Source of the DNA: a virus
Taxonomy: Duplodnaviria; Caudoviricetes
IMG/VR virus record: IMGVR_UViG_3300022538_000228
Span: 1 to 29,281 of that record
Length of the DNA stretch: 29,281 nucleotides
Direction: 5' to 3' (one strand)
Below, in pieces: positions 7,606-16,830 of this stretch. A model generated the notes under the pieces. That model had not been told where the DNA came from, did not search any database, and saw nothing but the letters and a program-made list of their open reading frames with translations. Position numbers and translations under genes: made by a program. Position 1 is the stretch's first letter; every line of letters starts with the position of its first letter.

Positions 7606-7779
7606 ATGACAGACATTAATAAGCAAGAGCTTCTGGCGCAGATAAACAAGCTGTTACACGAAGTCAGAGGTCGACAGGAAACATGTACTGACGACGATGC
7701 TTATAACTTCAGTGAAGGCCAGATTTCGGCCTACGAAGAAGTTACGTATTTATTAAAAGACAGTAAACCTAAAGAATAA
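7606..7779 (+). CDS. Small protein (57 aa), not in the ORF track
   Basis: AAGGAG RBS at 7592-7597. Translation MTDINKQELLAQINKLLHEVRGRQETCTDDDAYNFSEGQISAYEEVTYLLKDSKPKE*, which exactly fills the portal-scaffold gap. Confidence 0.7.
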   Translation: MTDINKQELLAQINKLLHEVRGRQETCTDDDAYNFSEGQISAYEEVTYLLKDSKPKE

Positions 7780-7792
7780 AGGAGTTTAACTA

Positions 7793-8758
7793 ATGACCAC
7801 AACAGTAGTAACCGTTGAGTCGCAAGAGGCTGATGAAGCTAAGTTAGCGCTTGAGGACTTACACAAGGACGAAGGCGACAAAGGTGAAGGCGATAAGGGT
7901 AAGGCTGAAGGGGATAAAACTGAGGAAGAAAAAGCTGCAGATGTTGCAGCAGCCGAGCTTGCTGAAAAGCTCAAGCCCATTGAGAAAACAGATGGGTCAA
8001 TGGAAACTGCTGATGAAGCAAAAGCAAGAGTCGATGCTGAAATAGCAGCAGCTGCGGAACCTACTGAGGCTGAGAAATTGGCTGAGGAAAACAAGGATCT
8101 CCGTCAAATGCTCCGCACCGTCAAGCGTGATCAGGTGCAGATGAAAGCCAAAGTTGACCGGCTTTCTATGAAACCTGCAAAGGAAGAGGGAAAGGCTGAG
8201 GGAGATGATGATGAAGGTGGAGATGCTGATGAGGGTGGTAAGAAGAAGGTAGACGAAATACCTCTAAGCCGTGTGGAAGAGCTTCAAGGGGCTATAACCC
8301 AGATAGGGCAAGAACGAGGTGCTTCGCTAGATATACTCCTTGAAACAATGGCACAGGGATCGTATAAGGATGTGCGGGAGGTCTGCTCAAGAGGCAACTT
8401 CGATGATATGTTCGAAGCTATTGCACAAGAGGCCAGTAAAGATGGTAAGAACTATGACGAGACTTTACTTGAAGTAGAACTGAACGTCTGGGCTAAGGAG
8501 AACCCGTACAGTTACATGTATGATCTTATCCAAAAGTATCATCCTGCTTACAAAAAGGAGGAGGGTGCTGCCAAGCCGGGTGAGAAGGAAGATAAACATG
8601 TTGTCGCCGATGCTCCGGGAAATATAGCAGACAAAGGTGGGGACAGTGATCTTAAGAGTGGCTGGACTTCTAAGAGGATTGATGATTTACCTGAAGCAGA
8701 ACTGGATGCTGTTCCAAAAGATGTCTATGACAAATACATGTTAGGTGAATTAGACTAA
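7793..8758 (+). CDS. Capsid scaffolding protein (putative)
   Basis: Highly acidic, low-complexity and coiled-coil; immediately upstream of the major capsid gene. Confidence 0.7.
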   Translation: MTTTVVTVESQEADEAKLALEDLHKDEGDKGEGDKGKAEGDKTEEEKAADVAAAELAEKLKPIEKTDGSMETADEAKARVDAEIAAAAEPTEAEKLAEENKDLRQMLRTVKRDQVQMKAKVDRLSMKPAKEEGKAEGDDDEGGDADEGGKKKVDEIPLSRVEELQGAITQIGQERGASLDILLETMAQGSYKDVREVCSRGNFDDMFEAIAQEASKDGKNYDETLLEVELNVWAKENPYSYMYDLIQKYHPAYKKEEGAAKPGEKEDKHVVADAPGNIADKGGDSDLKSGWTSKRIDDLPEAELDAVPKDVYDKYMLGELD

Positions 8759-8772
8759 GGAGGTTAAGGATT

Positions 8773-9813
8773 ATGGCAACTACACCTAAAACGCAGTTTC
8801 AGACCAATGACGCCTTGACCAGGAAAAAGTGGGCGAAAGACCTTTTCAGGATCATCCTTCCAGCTGTTGAGTATAACTACCTAGTGGGTACAGGAACTGA
8901 CTCAATCGTACAGCTGAGGACAGAGCTTGGTAAGGGAGAAGGTGACAAGATCACCTTTGGAATTCGTCTGCCCCTAACTGGTGCTGGTGTCGTTGGTAGA
9001 GATACGGTCGAGGGAAATGAAGAGAAGCTGATCTTCAAGGACTTTGACATGACCATTGAGGAGTTGAACCATGCAGTTGATACTGGTGGTAAGATGGATG
9101 AGCAAAGAATCCCTTACGACCTGATGATAGAAGGGAAGAATGCTCTCCAGGACTGGTGGGCTGATAAGCTGTCGGAAATTCTGATAGCTACACTGTGTGG
9201 AAATACCAGTTTTACGATTGCTGGTAAAACCTTTGCTCAGGCCTGTACTGCTCCAACTAAGGCCTTGACAGTAAATGATACGGCCGAAGCAAGTATCTCA
9301 TCCGCTGACACAATGGATCTTCACTTCTTGGACAGGATGAAGCAGAGAGCTCAGATGCCTACAGCAGGCACTAATGAGCGCAAGGTACGGCCCCTTAAGA
9401 AAGGGGGCAAGAATTACTTCCGAGTAATTATGCATACCTATGTTTTTGATGCTCTGCGTCAGAACATGAACGTAGGGCAGTGGGGTGACTTGCTGAGGAA
9501 TGCTCAGAAACTCCAGATACCTCAGGTCGAGTTTGAGTATAATGGAATGCTCGTTACCAAGTCGGAGAGGTGTACATCGCCTTATACCAATGTGTACAGA
9601 AGTGTACTAGTTGGCTGTCAGTCCGCTACGTGGGCTTGGGGAGGTGCTGGTGAGAGTAAGGGTTCGGTAATGGCCTTTGTGCCTTACGAGAAGGATGCCA
9701 AGCGGTACGTCATGATCAGAGGCGGAGGCATCTTTGGAGTGAAAAAGGTAGTCTTCCAAGCTGAGGACTATGGCGTCGTGACTGGCTCCAGTTACGGAGC
9801 AGCATTGACATAA
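8773..9813 (+). CDS. Major capsid protein (N4-gp56/DUF4043-like)
   Basis: 346 aa; motif GEGDKITFGIRLPLTGAGVVGRDTVEGNEEKL and C-terminal GIFGVKK...DYGV recognised from this capsid family; strong RBS AAGGAGGT. Confidence 0.9.
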   Translation: MATTPKTQFQTNDALTRKKWAKDLFRIILPAVEYNYLVGTGTDSIVQLRTELGKGEGDKITFGIRLPLTGAGVVGRDTVEGNEEKLIFKDFDMTIEELNHAVDTGGKMDEQRIPYDLMIEGKNALQDWWADKLSEILIATLCGNTSFTIAGKTFAQACTAPTKALTVNDTAEASISSADTMDLHFLDRMKQRAQMPTAGTNERKVRPLKKGGKNYFRVIMHTYVFDALRQNMNVGQWGDLLRNAQKLQIPQVEFEYNGMLVTKSERCTSPYTNVYRSVLVGCQSATWAWGGAGESKGSVMAFVPYEKDAKRYVMIRGGGIFGVKKVVFQAEDYGVVTGSSYGAALT

Positions 9814-9826
9814 TAGGAGGTCTGTT

Positions 9827-10237
9827 ATGACAGATAAATTTAGTCACAAGCTGGCTAACAATTACAAGCTGGCAATGAGTGGGTTGTTCATACAGACTGC
9901 TATTACTGCTGCGACGTACAACATTGTCCGTATTCCCAGTCATGCCCTTGTACAGGATGTCTGGCTTGAGGTTACAGAAGTTTGTACAGCGGCTGCAACA
10001 ATCACTATCGGATGGGGAGCCTATGGCTCAGTGTCTGCACAGACAGCGGGCTTTATGTCGAATGACATAGCAGCACCTCAAGACCCAGTTGGGCTTAGGA
10101 GAGCCCAAAAGGACAATCTACTCACGTTTCCAGGCAGGTACTTTGAGGCTGGCAGCAGCATTTTGACTGTCACAACCACTGGTACCTTTACTGCGGGTAA
10201 GTTTAGAGTGTTCATGGGATACTCAGTTATCCGCTAA
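9827..10237 (+). CDS. Head accessory/decoration protein (putative)
   Basis: Beta-rich, T/A/G-rich 136 aa directly after the capsid gene; GGAGG RBS. Confidence 0.55.
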   Translation: MTDKFSHKLANNYKLAMSGLFIQTAITAATYNIVRIPSHALVQDVWLEVTEVCTAAATITIGWGAYGSVSAQTAGFMSNDIAAPQDPVGLRRAQKDNLLTFPGRYFEAGSSILTVTTTGTFTAGKFRVFMGYSVIR

Positions 10238-10296
10238 ACCTTGAAACTCTTAGGGGTTCCTCAACAGGAATCAACTTAGAATTAGGAGGTTCTATT

Positions 10297-10839
10297 ATGG
10301 CTAATATAGTAGATCTCAGGCGGACTGACCTGAGAAGCAATGTATTGGAGAATCCGTATTGGATTACTTCAAGGGAGATAACGTGTCCTACCCATGACGC
10401 TGTAGTTGTTGGACTTTTCTCTTTTCCAATTACTCTCATAGCTTCATCTCTGTGTGAGGCTTGCTATGGTAACAGCAAGATTATCATTCAGGAGGCAGTA
10501 TGGGAGATAAACACAGCGTTTTCTGGGGGTACCCCAGCGCTTATCGCAGGTATACAAACTCTTGATCTCCAGACGACTCTGGCCTATACTGACTCTAACG
10601 AGAATGCACTTATAGAGTCTGTTGCAGGTTCAGGTGTGACTAACTCTGCGGGCGTATATCCACTTCATGTGACCAGTGCCTTTGATACTGCCAGAGTTGC
10701 AGGGCAGCATGCAACTGATTACGTCATTACACCAGCTGATACTGTTGTTCCTTGTATAACAGTTAACCCCTCAGGTGGTATGACAGGTGGTTCTGCGTTC
10801 TTGCACTTGCTGATCGCAGTGGTACCTCAGGTGACCTAA
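10297..10839 (+). CDS. Head accessory/decoration protein (putative)
   Basis: Beta-rich 180 aa; GGAGG RBS; position after the capsid gene. Confidence 0.5.
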   Translation: MANIVDLRRTDLRSNVLENPYWITSREITCPTHDAVVVGLFSFPITLIASSLCEACYGNSKIIIQEAVWEINTAFSGGTPALIAGIQTLDLQTTLAYTDSNENALIESVAGSGVTNSAGVYPLHVTSAFDTARVAGQHATDYVITPADTVVPCITVNPSGGMTGGSAFLHLLIAVVPQVT

Positions 10840-10869
10840 GCGTAAACGTCAATAATTGACGTTTCTGGC
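10839..10869 (-). repeat. 31-bp quasi-palindromic element, copy 4
   Basis: Core AAACGTCAAT-A-ATTGACGTTT (10844-10864) is a perfect inverted repeat; the reverse complement reads GCCAGAAACGTCA ATTAT TGACGTTTACGCT. Confidence 0.85.
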
Positions 10870-10885
10870 GTGACTGCTTCTGGAC

Positions 10886-10919
10886 AGGTGGAGGCTAACT
10901 GCCAAGTCTCCACCTTTCT
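10886..10919 (+). terminator. Probable rho-independent terminator after the head genes
   Basis: Stem AGGTGGAGGCT / AGTCTCCACCT (one G-U pair) followed by TTCT. Confidence 0.55.
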
Positions 10920-10935
10920 AAACCCTGGAGGTGCT

Positions 10936-11589
10936 ATGGATAGGTTGGAAATCAGGACAGAGGTAGAGAATATTATTCAGGACTCAAGCTTTAGCATTGA
11001 GACCCTGAATGGTTATATCAACCAGTGTATCTTGTATGCTGGAGCACAGGTTGACATACCAGATCTGAAGAGAATTGATGTTGTTGATACAGTTCTCTCC
11101 CAAGCATATATAGGTCTGACTGGTCTAACTGGCGGCTTCTCAGGAAAACTGAACAGAGTCAAGGATGCTGATGGAAATGATATAGCTATTGCTGCCAACC
11201 TCGATCTGTTAATGGATGAGTATGACATGGATGAGGTTGGTGATGTTGAGACTGTTGCTCTGGAGGGCTCTACCCTCTGGTACCAGAAAATACCTGAAAC
11301 AGTAGAGACTCTTACTGCTTTGTACTACCGGAACCCTGCTATCCTAAGCACTGATGATGCCTCACCCAGTGACTTCCCTGAACACCTACACAGAAATCTC
11401 TTTGTGCATGGAACTGCTTGGATCATCTACGACCAGATAGAAGATGATGCTGAGGAAGCAAAGGTGAATGCCAGGAGTCAATTCTGGCAGTCTTTCAGTG
11501 AGGACAATAAGCATTCTGGAATTGTTAAACTTAGAGAGTGGTTGGCTAAGACCAGGAGACATAACATCAGTAGTAGCTGGAGGCAGTAG
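10936..11589 (+). CDS. Head-tail adaptor (putative)
   Basis: RBS GGAGGTG before the ATG at 10936. Pattern MDRLEIRTEV...LNGYINQ...SDFPEHLHRNLFVHG resembles podovirus adaptors; consistent position. Confidence 0.6.
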   Translation: MDRLEIRTEVENIIQDSSFSIETLNGYINQCILYAGAQVDIPDLKRIDVVDTVLSQAYIGLTGLTGGFSGKLNRVKDADGNDIAIAANLDLLMDEYDMDEVGDVETVALEGSTLWYQKIPETVETLTALYYRNPAILSTDDASPSDFPEHLHRNLFVHGTAWIIYDQIEDDAEEAKVNARSQFWQSFSEDNKHSGIVKLREWLAKTRRHNISSSWRQ

Positions 11590-12494
11590 TGGCTAAACAA
11601 CTGAACTTGTTCAGAGGAGCTATAGGTATCAATAGTAAAGTTGATCCTGCTCGTATCAAATACGATCCTGAAACCGGTATAGAGGAGTTGGCTGCTGGAG
11701 TCAACATTGATATTAGCAGCTCTAAAAGGGTGGGTAGAAGGAAAGGCTATACTCTGAGATTGGCGAAGGCAGCACATAGCCTGTTTTCCTGCGGTGAATA
11801 TTGTCTGTTTGCGAGTGGCAATGCCCTTTGTGTGCTGGAGCCTGATTATACATGGTCTGCTATAAGGAATGTTACTGTAGGAGCTAGGGTGAGCTATGCT
11901 AAGATTGGGACTGACATTTACTATGCCAATGGCTATGAGAAGGGTATTGTCAGGGATAGAGTTAGCTATGGCTGGACAGCTGCTAGCTATGTTGGCCCTG
12001 CTACTACGAAGGTCTTCAGCGATCCACCTGTAGGGCATTTGCTTGAGGTCTACAATGGAGTGATGTTGATAGCCCAAGACAATGTTATCTGGTACTCAGA
12101 GTCGTTTGCTCCTAGTTGGTTTGATCTTGCCAAGAACTATGTACAGCTTGGTGAGAGACTTACAATGATGAAAGCAGTACAAGGTGGCATCTATGTAAGT
12201 ACGGAGAAAGAGACCTTTGCCTATAGAGGTGAGACTGTCAAGGAGCTTCGGCAGACAAAGGTGGCTGACTATCCAGCTATTGAAGGTACTGCAGTTACAG
12301 CAAGTGCTTCAAGGATTGGAGATGGTAGTGTAACTGGCATAGCTGCTCTATGGGCTAGTACTAAGGGGATTTGCTTTGGTGGGCCTGATGGGAACTTCAG
12401 GAACCTTACAGAAAGGAGGTTGGACTATCCCTTTGCTAGGTATGGTGCAGGATTGTTTAGGGATGGAAAGTATATTTGTTTACTAAAACCTTAG
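11589..12494 (+). CDS. Tail nozzle/head-closure protein (putative, beta-propeller-like)
   Basis: Beta-strand-rich 301 aa coupled to the adaptor gene, with an N-terminal FRGAIGINS...AAGVNIDI...RRKGY pattern. Confidence 0.55.
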   Translation: MAKQLNLFRGAIGINSKVDPARIKYDPETGIEELAAGVNIDISSSKRVGRRKGYTLRLAKAAHSLFSCGEYCLFASGNALCVLEPDYTWSAIRNVTVGARVSYAKIGTDIYYANGYEKGIVRDRVSYGWTAASYVGPATTKVFSDPPVGHLLEVYNGVMLIAQDNVIWYSESFAPSWFDLAKNYVQLGERLTMMKAVQGGIYVSTEKETFAYRGETVKELRQTKVADYPAIEGTAVTASASRIGDGSVTGIAALWASTKGICFGGPDGNFRNLTERRLDYPFARYGAGLFRDGKYICLLKP

Positions 12495-12503
12495 GAGGTT
12501 GTT

Positions 12504-13214
12504 ATGACACTTAGATTGAGTACATTGCTTAGAGACCAACTGATGGGAGAGGTAGTAACTATAACTGGTACTGATATACTTGTACCGGCTGGTGCTGCTA
12601 GCTATGAGAGTACTGTCGTCAATTTTTTCACAGCTGGTTTTCATCCAGGGATGATCGTCAAAGCTGATGGTTTTGTTAGTGACGAAAACGATGTCTACTC
12701 TCTAGTTACAAAGACTGACGCTGATGGGCTTCAGTTAACAGTTACTGTGGCAGATGCGGATCAGCTGGTTCAGGTAGCAGCCACTCCGTCGATTACCATT
12801 GCTGCTGTGCCTCAAAGCTTCAAGGACATATTCACCTACGGAATTCTAGCTATTTACACTGGCGCACAGCCTGCAACAGCGGATATAGCTCCGACAGGAA
12901 CCTTGCTGCTCTTGATCACAGAGTCCTCTGGTGCTGTTGTGCCTGGCACGTTGACTAATGGGCTGCAGTGGGATGCTCCGGTAGATGGCGTTCTTGGAAA
13001 GGACGGCACAGTATGGTCGGATGCAGGACTAGCGACTGGTACTGCTGGTTGGTTCAGGTTCTATACCAATCTCTATGAGAACAGCGGTAGTGGTTGTAAC
13101 TTTGACGGAGCAGTAGGAACTAGTGGTGCTGAATTGAATCTGTCCTCAACTTCGATTGTGCTGGCTGCAACGACAACTATTGATGAGTTTGAGGTAACTC
13201 TACCAGCGGCATAA
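12504..13214 (+). CDS. Virion structural (tail-associated) protein
   Basis: IYTGAQPATAD...GTAGWFRF...DGAVGTSGAELNLSSTSI pattern recognised from phage tail-region proteins; GGAGG RBS. Confidence 0.6.
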   Translation: MTLRLSTLLRDQLMGEVVTITGTDILVPAGAASYESTVVNFFTAGFHPGMIVKADGFVSDENDVYSLVTKTDADGLQLTVTVADADQLVQVAATPSITIAAVPQSFKDIFTYGILAIYTGAQPATADIAPTGTLLLLITESSGAVVPGTLTNGLQWDAPVDGVLGKDGTVWSDAGLATGTAGWFRFYTNLYENSGSGCNFDGAVGTSGAELNLSSTSIVLAATTTIDEFEVTLPAA

Positions 13215-13218
13215 GCTT

Positions 13219-13851
13219 ATGGCTGTTTCTGGATGGGCTGATCTAACATTACCTGCACTGACTGGTGCAGGTGCTGGTAACTTCAGAGGGGAGCCAGAAC
13301 TTCCAGCTCTTACTGTAAGTGCGATTGGTGGTGCCAGTAGTGGTTTTGGTAGTGTCACCTTACCTGCACTTACTGTTGCTGGCAAGAGGGGTGCAGTTGT
13401 TGCACTTACACTTCCTGCCCTTACAATCTGTGGTTCTGGAGCTCCAGGTGGATCTGCTACGGTCGATCTACCAGCCTTGGAGGCTGAGGGATTTGGTGGT
13501 GGATATGGAGATGTAGCACTACCCACTCTCACAGTTTCTGCTACTGGAATACCTGGACTCCTGGGTTCCTCCTACTTAGAGCTACCGAGGCTTACTGTCA
13601 GTGCAGATGGAGTTGTACGGCTCTTCAGTGAGATAGGCATTACCTTACCAATGCTCACTGTTGCAGCAACAGGATTGGAAGGGCTATTTGGAACTGCTGA
13701 CATTGACTTGCTAGGGCTTACAGCAGAGGCTACAGGGTATGTCGAGACTGATGGAGAGGCAGATGTGAACTTGCCAATACTGGTAGTTCTTGGTCGTGGA
13801 GTAGGCCATACCTATAGATTCTATGATTATATCTTGAGGCATGAGAGATAA
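13219..13851 (+). CDS. Repeat-containing structural protein (about ten LPxLT repeats)
   Basis: LPALT occurs 4 times, plus LPALE, LPTLT, LPRLT, LPMLT, LLGLT and LPILV, at roughly 16-22 aa spacing. Confidence 0.65.
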   Translation: MAVSGWADLTLPALTGAGAGNFRGEPELPALTVSAIGGASSGFGSVTLPALTVAGKRGAVVALTLPALTICGSGAPGGSATVDLPALEAEGFGGGYGDVALPTLTVSATGIPGLLGSSYLELPRLTVSADGVVRLFSEIGITLPMLTVAATGLEGLFGTADIDLLGLTAEATGYVETDGEADVNLPILVVLGRGVGHTYRFYDYILRHER

Positions 13852-14435
13852 TGGATCTTCCAAGTCTATTTGCCTGTGGTACTGGTACAGTTCCTGAGTG
13901 GGATGACTACTTGGGACTCTGTATGGAGCTGTCCCTGCTGGCACCGACACAGTATGCTAACTATAGCTTTGATGCTTTGTGCCAGTTTGGTGACGTCTAC
14001 CTGGGCAGTAATGATGCTGGTATATTCTCCCTAGATGGTAATACTGATAATGGTATCCATATAGCTGCATTCTTTGAGCTGTTGCTGACAGACTTTGGCA
14101 TTCCTAATCAGAAGAGGATAAGGAAGGCTTATCTTGGCTATGAGGCTTCAGGCTCACTGGTACTAGAGGCTAAAGATGATGACAATAATGTTCGAAGGTA
14201 TACAGTTGGAGCAGCCTTGGATGACCAGAGGCAATACGGAGTACATGTGCCAGTTGGCAGGGACGGTAAAGGTAGATATTGGACTTTTAGATTGGAGAAT
14301 GTTGACGGATGTGACTTCAGTGTTGATAGTATTGATGTACTGGTGACAGTCCTTGCGAGGAAGTCAGGTAAGACAAGCGTTAACGCTGGCAGGTTTCGTA
14401 TTCCTGTCCCTGGTGTCTATGGAGTAGGAAGCTGA
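13851..14435 (+). CDS. Tail-associated protein
   Basis: Coupled ORF. LTDFGIPNQKRIRKAY...GKGRYWTFRLEN resembles the C-terminal beta domain of podovirus tail/closure proteins. Confidence 0.55.
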   Translation: MDLPSLFACGTGTVPEWDDYLGLCMELSLLAPTQYANYSFDALCQFGDVYLGSNDAGIFSLDGNTDNGIHIAAFFELLLTDFGIPNQKRIRKAYLGYEASGSLVLEAKDDDNNVRRYTVGAALDDQRQYGVHVPVGRDGKGRYWTFRLENVDGCDFSVDSIDVLVTVLARKSGKTSVNAGRFRIPVPGVYGVGS

Positions 14436-14842
14436 TGTTTATAAGTCTCAATATATTCGATGCAGCTCTTGAGCGGATCGTTCAGAGTGCTGAGGTACAG
14501 TATGTTTGCAGCCATGAGCCGACTGCTTTTAGCGAGTTGGCTGACTTTGCGCTTGCAGGAATCAGTATTGACGCCAGTAATTTTATGGGGCCACTGGATG
14601 GCTGTGTAGACTGTGAAGTACTGAGCAGAATGATAGTCGTGTTGGCCACGACTGGAGTAGGTAATAGGGATGGCACTGTTAGTCATGTTGCTTTAGCAAG
14701 CGAGAGCGAGCTTCTGTTTGTAGTGTCCGGTGGGTCAGCAGAAGAGATAACTGCAGGACAACCTTTTGTGGTGAGAGATTGGTGTATAGTTGCTGAGTAT
14801 GTCGAAGGTGGCTGTGAAATACCTGAAGGATACCTTGATTGA
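14435..14842 (+). CDS. Tail-region protein (135 aa)
   Basis: Translationally coupled on both sides (TGATG); beta-rich; contains CVDC. Confidence 0.55.
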   Translation: MFISLNIFDAALERIVQSAEVQYVCSHEPTAFSELADFALAGISIDASNFMGPLDGCVDCEVLSRMIVVLATTGVGNRDGTVSHVALASESELLFVVSGGSAEEITAGQPFVVRDWCIVAEYVEGGCEIPEGYLD

Positions 14843-16614
14843 TGATACCACCTAAGGTAAAATTGAGTGGAGATGAAAGTAAGGCAGAGAAGCTGAGAGC
14901 CTTCGGGCTAAGTCAGCTACAGGTTCTACATAGAGATATGGCTTTCAGAGGCCTGCAGCAAAATGTTCGAAGGGTCATCTTCGAGGATGGTACTTCTGTG
15001 GTGGTGAAGTCTGTGTTTGGTCTGGATGAAGTTAATATCTTCGTTCCTCCAGCTGAGGTTGAAGAGGTTGAGATAGCTGAGGAGGTGGAGATAGAAGAGG
15101 CTAAAGTGACGCTACTGGGAGGTAGAATCGGTCTGCGAGGTGGCCCAGCAAGTGTAGTTGTCTGTAATCCAGAGACGATTCAGCCAATGACTTGGTCAGA
15201 TAGAAATCCTGAAAGCATGGAGAGGAGCACTCATGAGCCTATAAGAGTGGATGGTGGAGTATCCCCCTACAAATGGAAAGTTAGTGGAGAAGGTTATTGG
15301 CTTGATGCAGCGCATTCACTTAAGGTGTTAGAGAATGTACGTGGAGATGTCCTTGGCTGCAGCATAGAACTTTACGCAGATAATACGATCTGTGGCGTTG
15401 CTCGGATAACGGTGACTGATGTCTGCGAGCAAGTCGTGAATGGTGAAGTGTCTTACGTTAAGGCACTGGAGTGGTTCGAAGCGAATCCCACAGAAATGGA
15501 TAGGGGCACTAAGTTGCTACTGCATATAACTGGTGGTGCAGCGCCCTATGTATGGAATGTTGAGGGGAAGGGATTCTGGTTTGATGAGGAGCATATACTA
15601 CAAGAGATAACAACAGACAATAAGTGGGTGCATCTCTATGCAGAGGCAAGCTCCATTGTTCCAATAGAGATTTGGCCCTTTCATGCTGGTGCCTGTCCTC
15701 CAGCCAATGTTACTGTACGAGATGACTGTGATGGTGAAGTAGCAGGTGAGATTGGGATAGTGGATATAGAGGAGCTAGCTTGGAAGGATGAAGTTGGATC
15801 TATAGCAGCATGTACTTTAGGCTCAGTAGATCTGGAGTGGAGAGGTGGAGTTCCACCTTTCTGGGTTGTGATAGATAACTATGATCAGTTCTCTATTCAA
15901 TGGCCTATTTTGCCTGGACAGGCACTCAGACTGGATAGAGACGCAAGGGTCTGGGTAATGGTAGCTGCTTGTGGAGAGAAGACTGGAGTTACTATTACAG
16001 ATACCTGTGGGAGTAAGATTAGTGGGGAGATTGAGGTCAAGCGGGCTGACACACCTATAGAGTGGGACTATGACAATAGTGATGAGGAAATAGATCAGAG
16101 TGAATCTGGTGTTCCTATTGTTGTTACTGGGGGTATAGGGCCTTACAGATGGGAGGTATCACCAAGTGATAAGTTCAGTCTTGGTACGACAGAAACAGAG
16201 GGGCCTACAAATACTCTTAGTGCAGCTGGTGATGCCTGTGGAATGTGTACGATAACAGTGACTGACTGTTGTGGAGATGAATGCACTGGGAGTGTGAAAT
16301 GTACAACAGGAGTTTGGGCTCCTAAAGGTGACTATATATCAGCAGATGGAGGAGGTGTAGTAGGCAATCCCTGTCCTTGTTGTGCTGATTCTGAAGTTAT
16401 AGTAGGATCTAGGAAATATAAAATTGATGGGGATGATTGCAGCTGTTACGTAGCTGGAAACACTGCGACGTGGACAACTGTTCCGCCTGGTGCACCAGCT
16501 TTACCACCTTGTGGCAGTCCTCATGATTGCTGCGGAAATGAGTGTGATGATATATATGGTGATCGTTGGTGTGCTTGGGGTCGTATTCATTACTATGAGT
16601 GGGAGTGTGCTTAA
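14842..16614 (+). CDS. Cys-rich tail appendage with four Ig-like repeats (putative fibre/receptor-binding protein)
   Basis: Four repeats of W...GGxxP(Y/F)...C...(I/V)(T/R)DxC...G; 26 Cys in total. The ATG at 14842 overlaps the upstream TGA. Confidence 0.65.
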   Translation: MIPPKVKLSGDESKAEKLRAFGLSQLQVLHRDMAFRGLQQNVRRVIFEDGTSVVVKSVFGLDEVNIFVPPAEVEEVEIAEEVEIEEAKVTLLGGRIGLRGGPASVVVCNPETIQPMTWSDRNPESMERSTHEPIRVDGGVSPYKWKVSGEGYWLDAAHSLKVLENVRGDVLGCSIELYADNTICGVARITVTDVCEQVVNGEVSYVKALEWFEANPTEMDRGTKLLLHITGGAAPYVWNVEGKGFWFDEEHILQEITTDNKWVHLYAEASSIVPIEIWPFHAGACPPANVTVRDDCDGEVAGEIGIVDIEELAWKDEVGSIAACTLGSVDLEWRGGVPPFWVVIDNYDQFSIQWPILPGQALRLDRDARVWVMVAACGEKTGVTITDTCGSKISGEIEVKRADTPIEWDYDNSDEEIDQSESGVPIVVTGGIGPYRWEVSPSDKFSLGTTETEGPTNTLSAAGDACGMCTITVTDCCGDECTGSVKCTTGVWAPKGDYISADGGGVVGNPCPCCADSEVIVGSRKYKIDGDDCSCYVAGNTATWTTVPPGAPALPPCGSPHDCCGNECDDIYGDRWCAWGRIHYYEWECA

Positions 16615-16830
16615 TTGAAAGACTTGTCATATTTGAAAGTATTCGATCAGAAGGTTCTCAGGAGTATAAGAAGGATATTGAAGAAAGGCTTTACTGCTAG
16701 AGACATTGAGGAATTTCTTGGACAGCCTGAAGCATCTATGACTCCTGGGAAGGCAGAACTGATGCGGAAGATGGGTTGGGAACTTAAAAAACCTTGTGGA
16801 GGGTGTAAGAAAAAGAAGGAGGAGGCATAA
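16615..16830 (+). CDS. Small basic protein with C-terminal CGGC
   Basis: Fills the gap exactly; GGAG RBS; TTG start; ends KKPCGGCKKKKEEA. Confidence 0.6.
   Translation: MKDLSYLKVFDQKVLRSIRRILKKGFTARDIEEFLGQPEASMTPGKAELMRKMGWELKKPCGGCKKKKEEA

Noticed and set aside
10238-10296. Structured RNA or terminator in the gap between the head accessory genes
   Set aside because: Only a short TTCCT/AGGAA stem without a U-tract is present, which is too weak to call.
10870-10935. N-terminal extension of the adaptor ORF
   Set aside because: It overlaps a terminator-like hairpin, and the strong RBS precedes the ATG at 10936.
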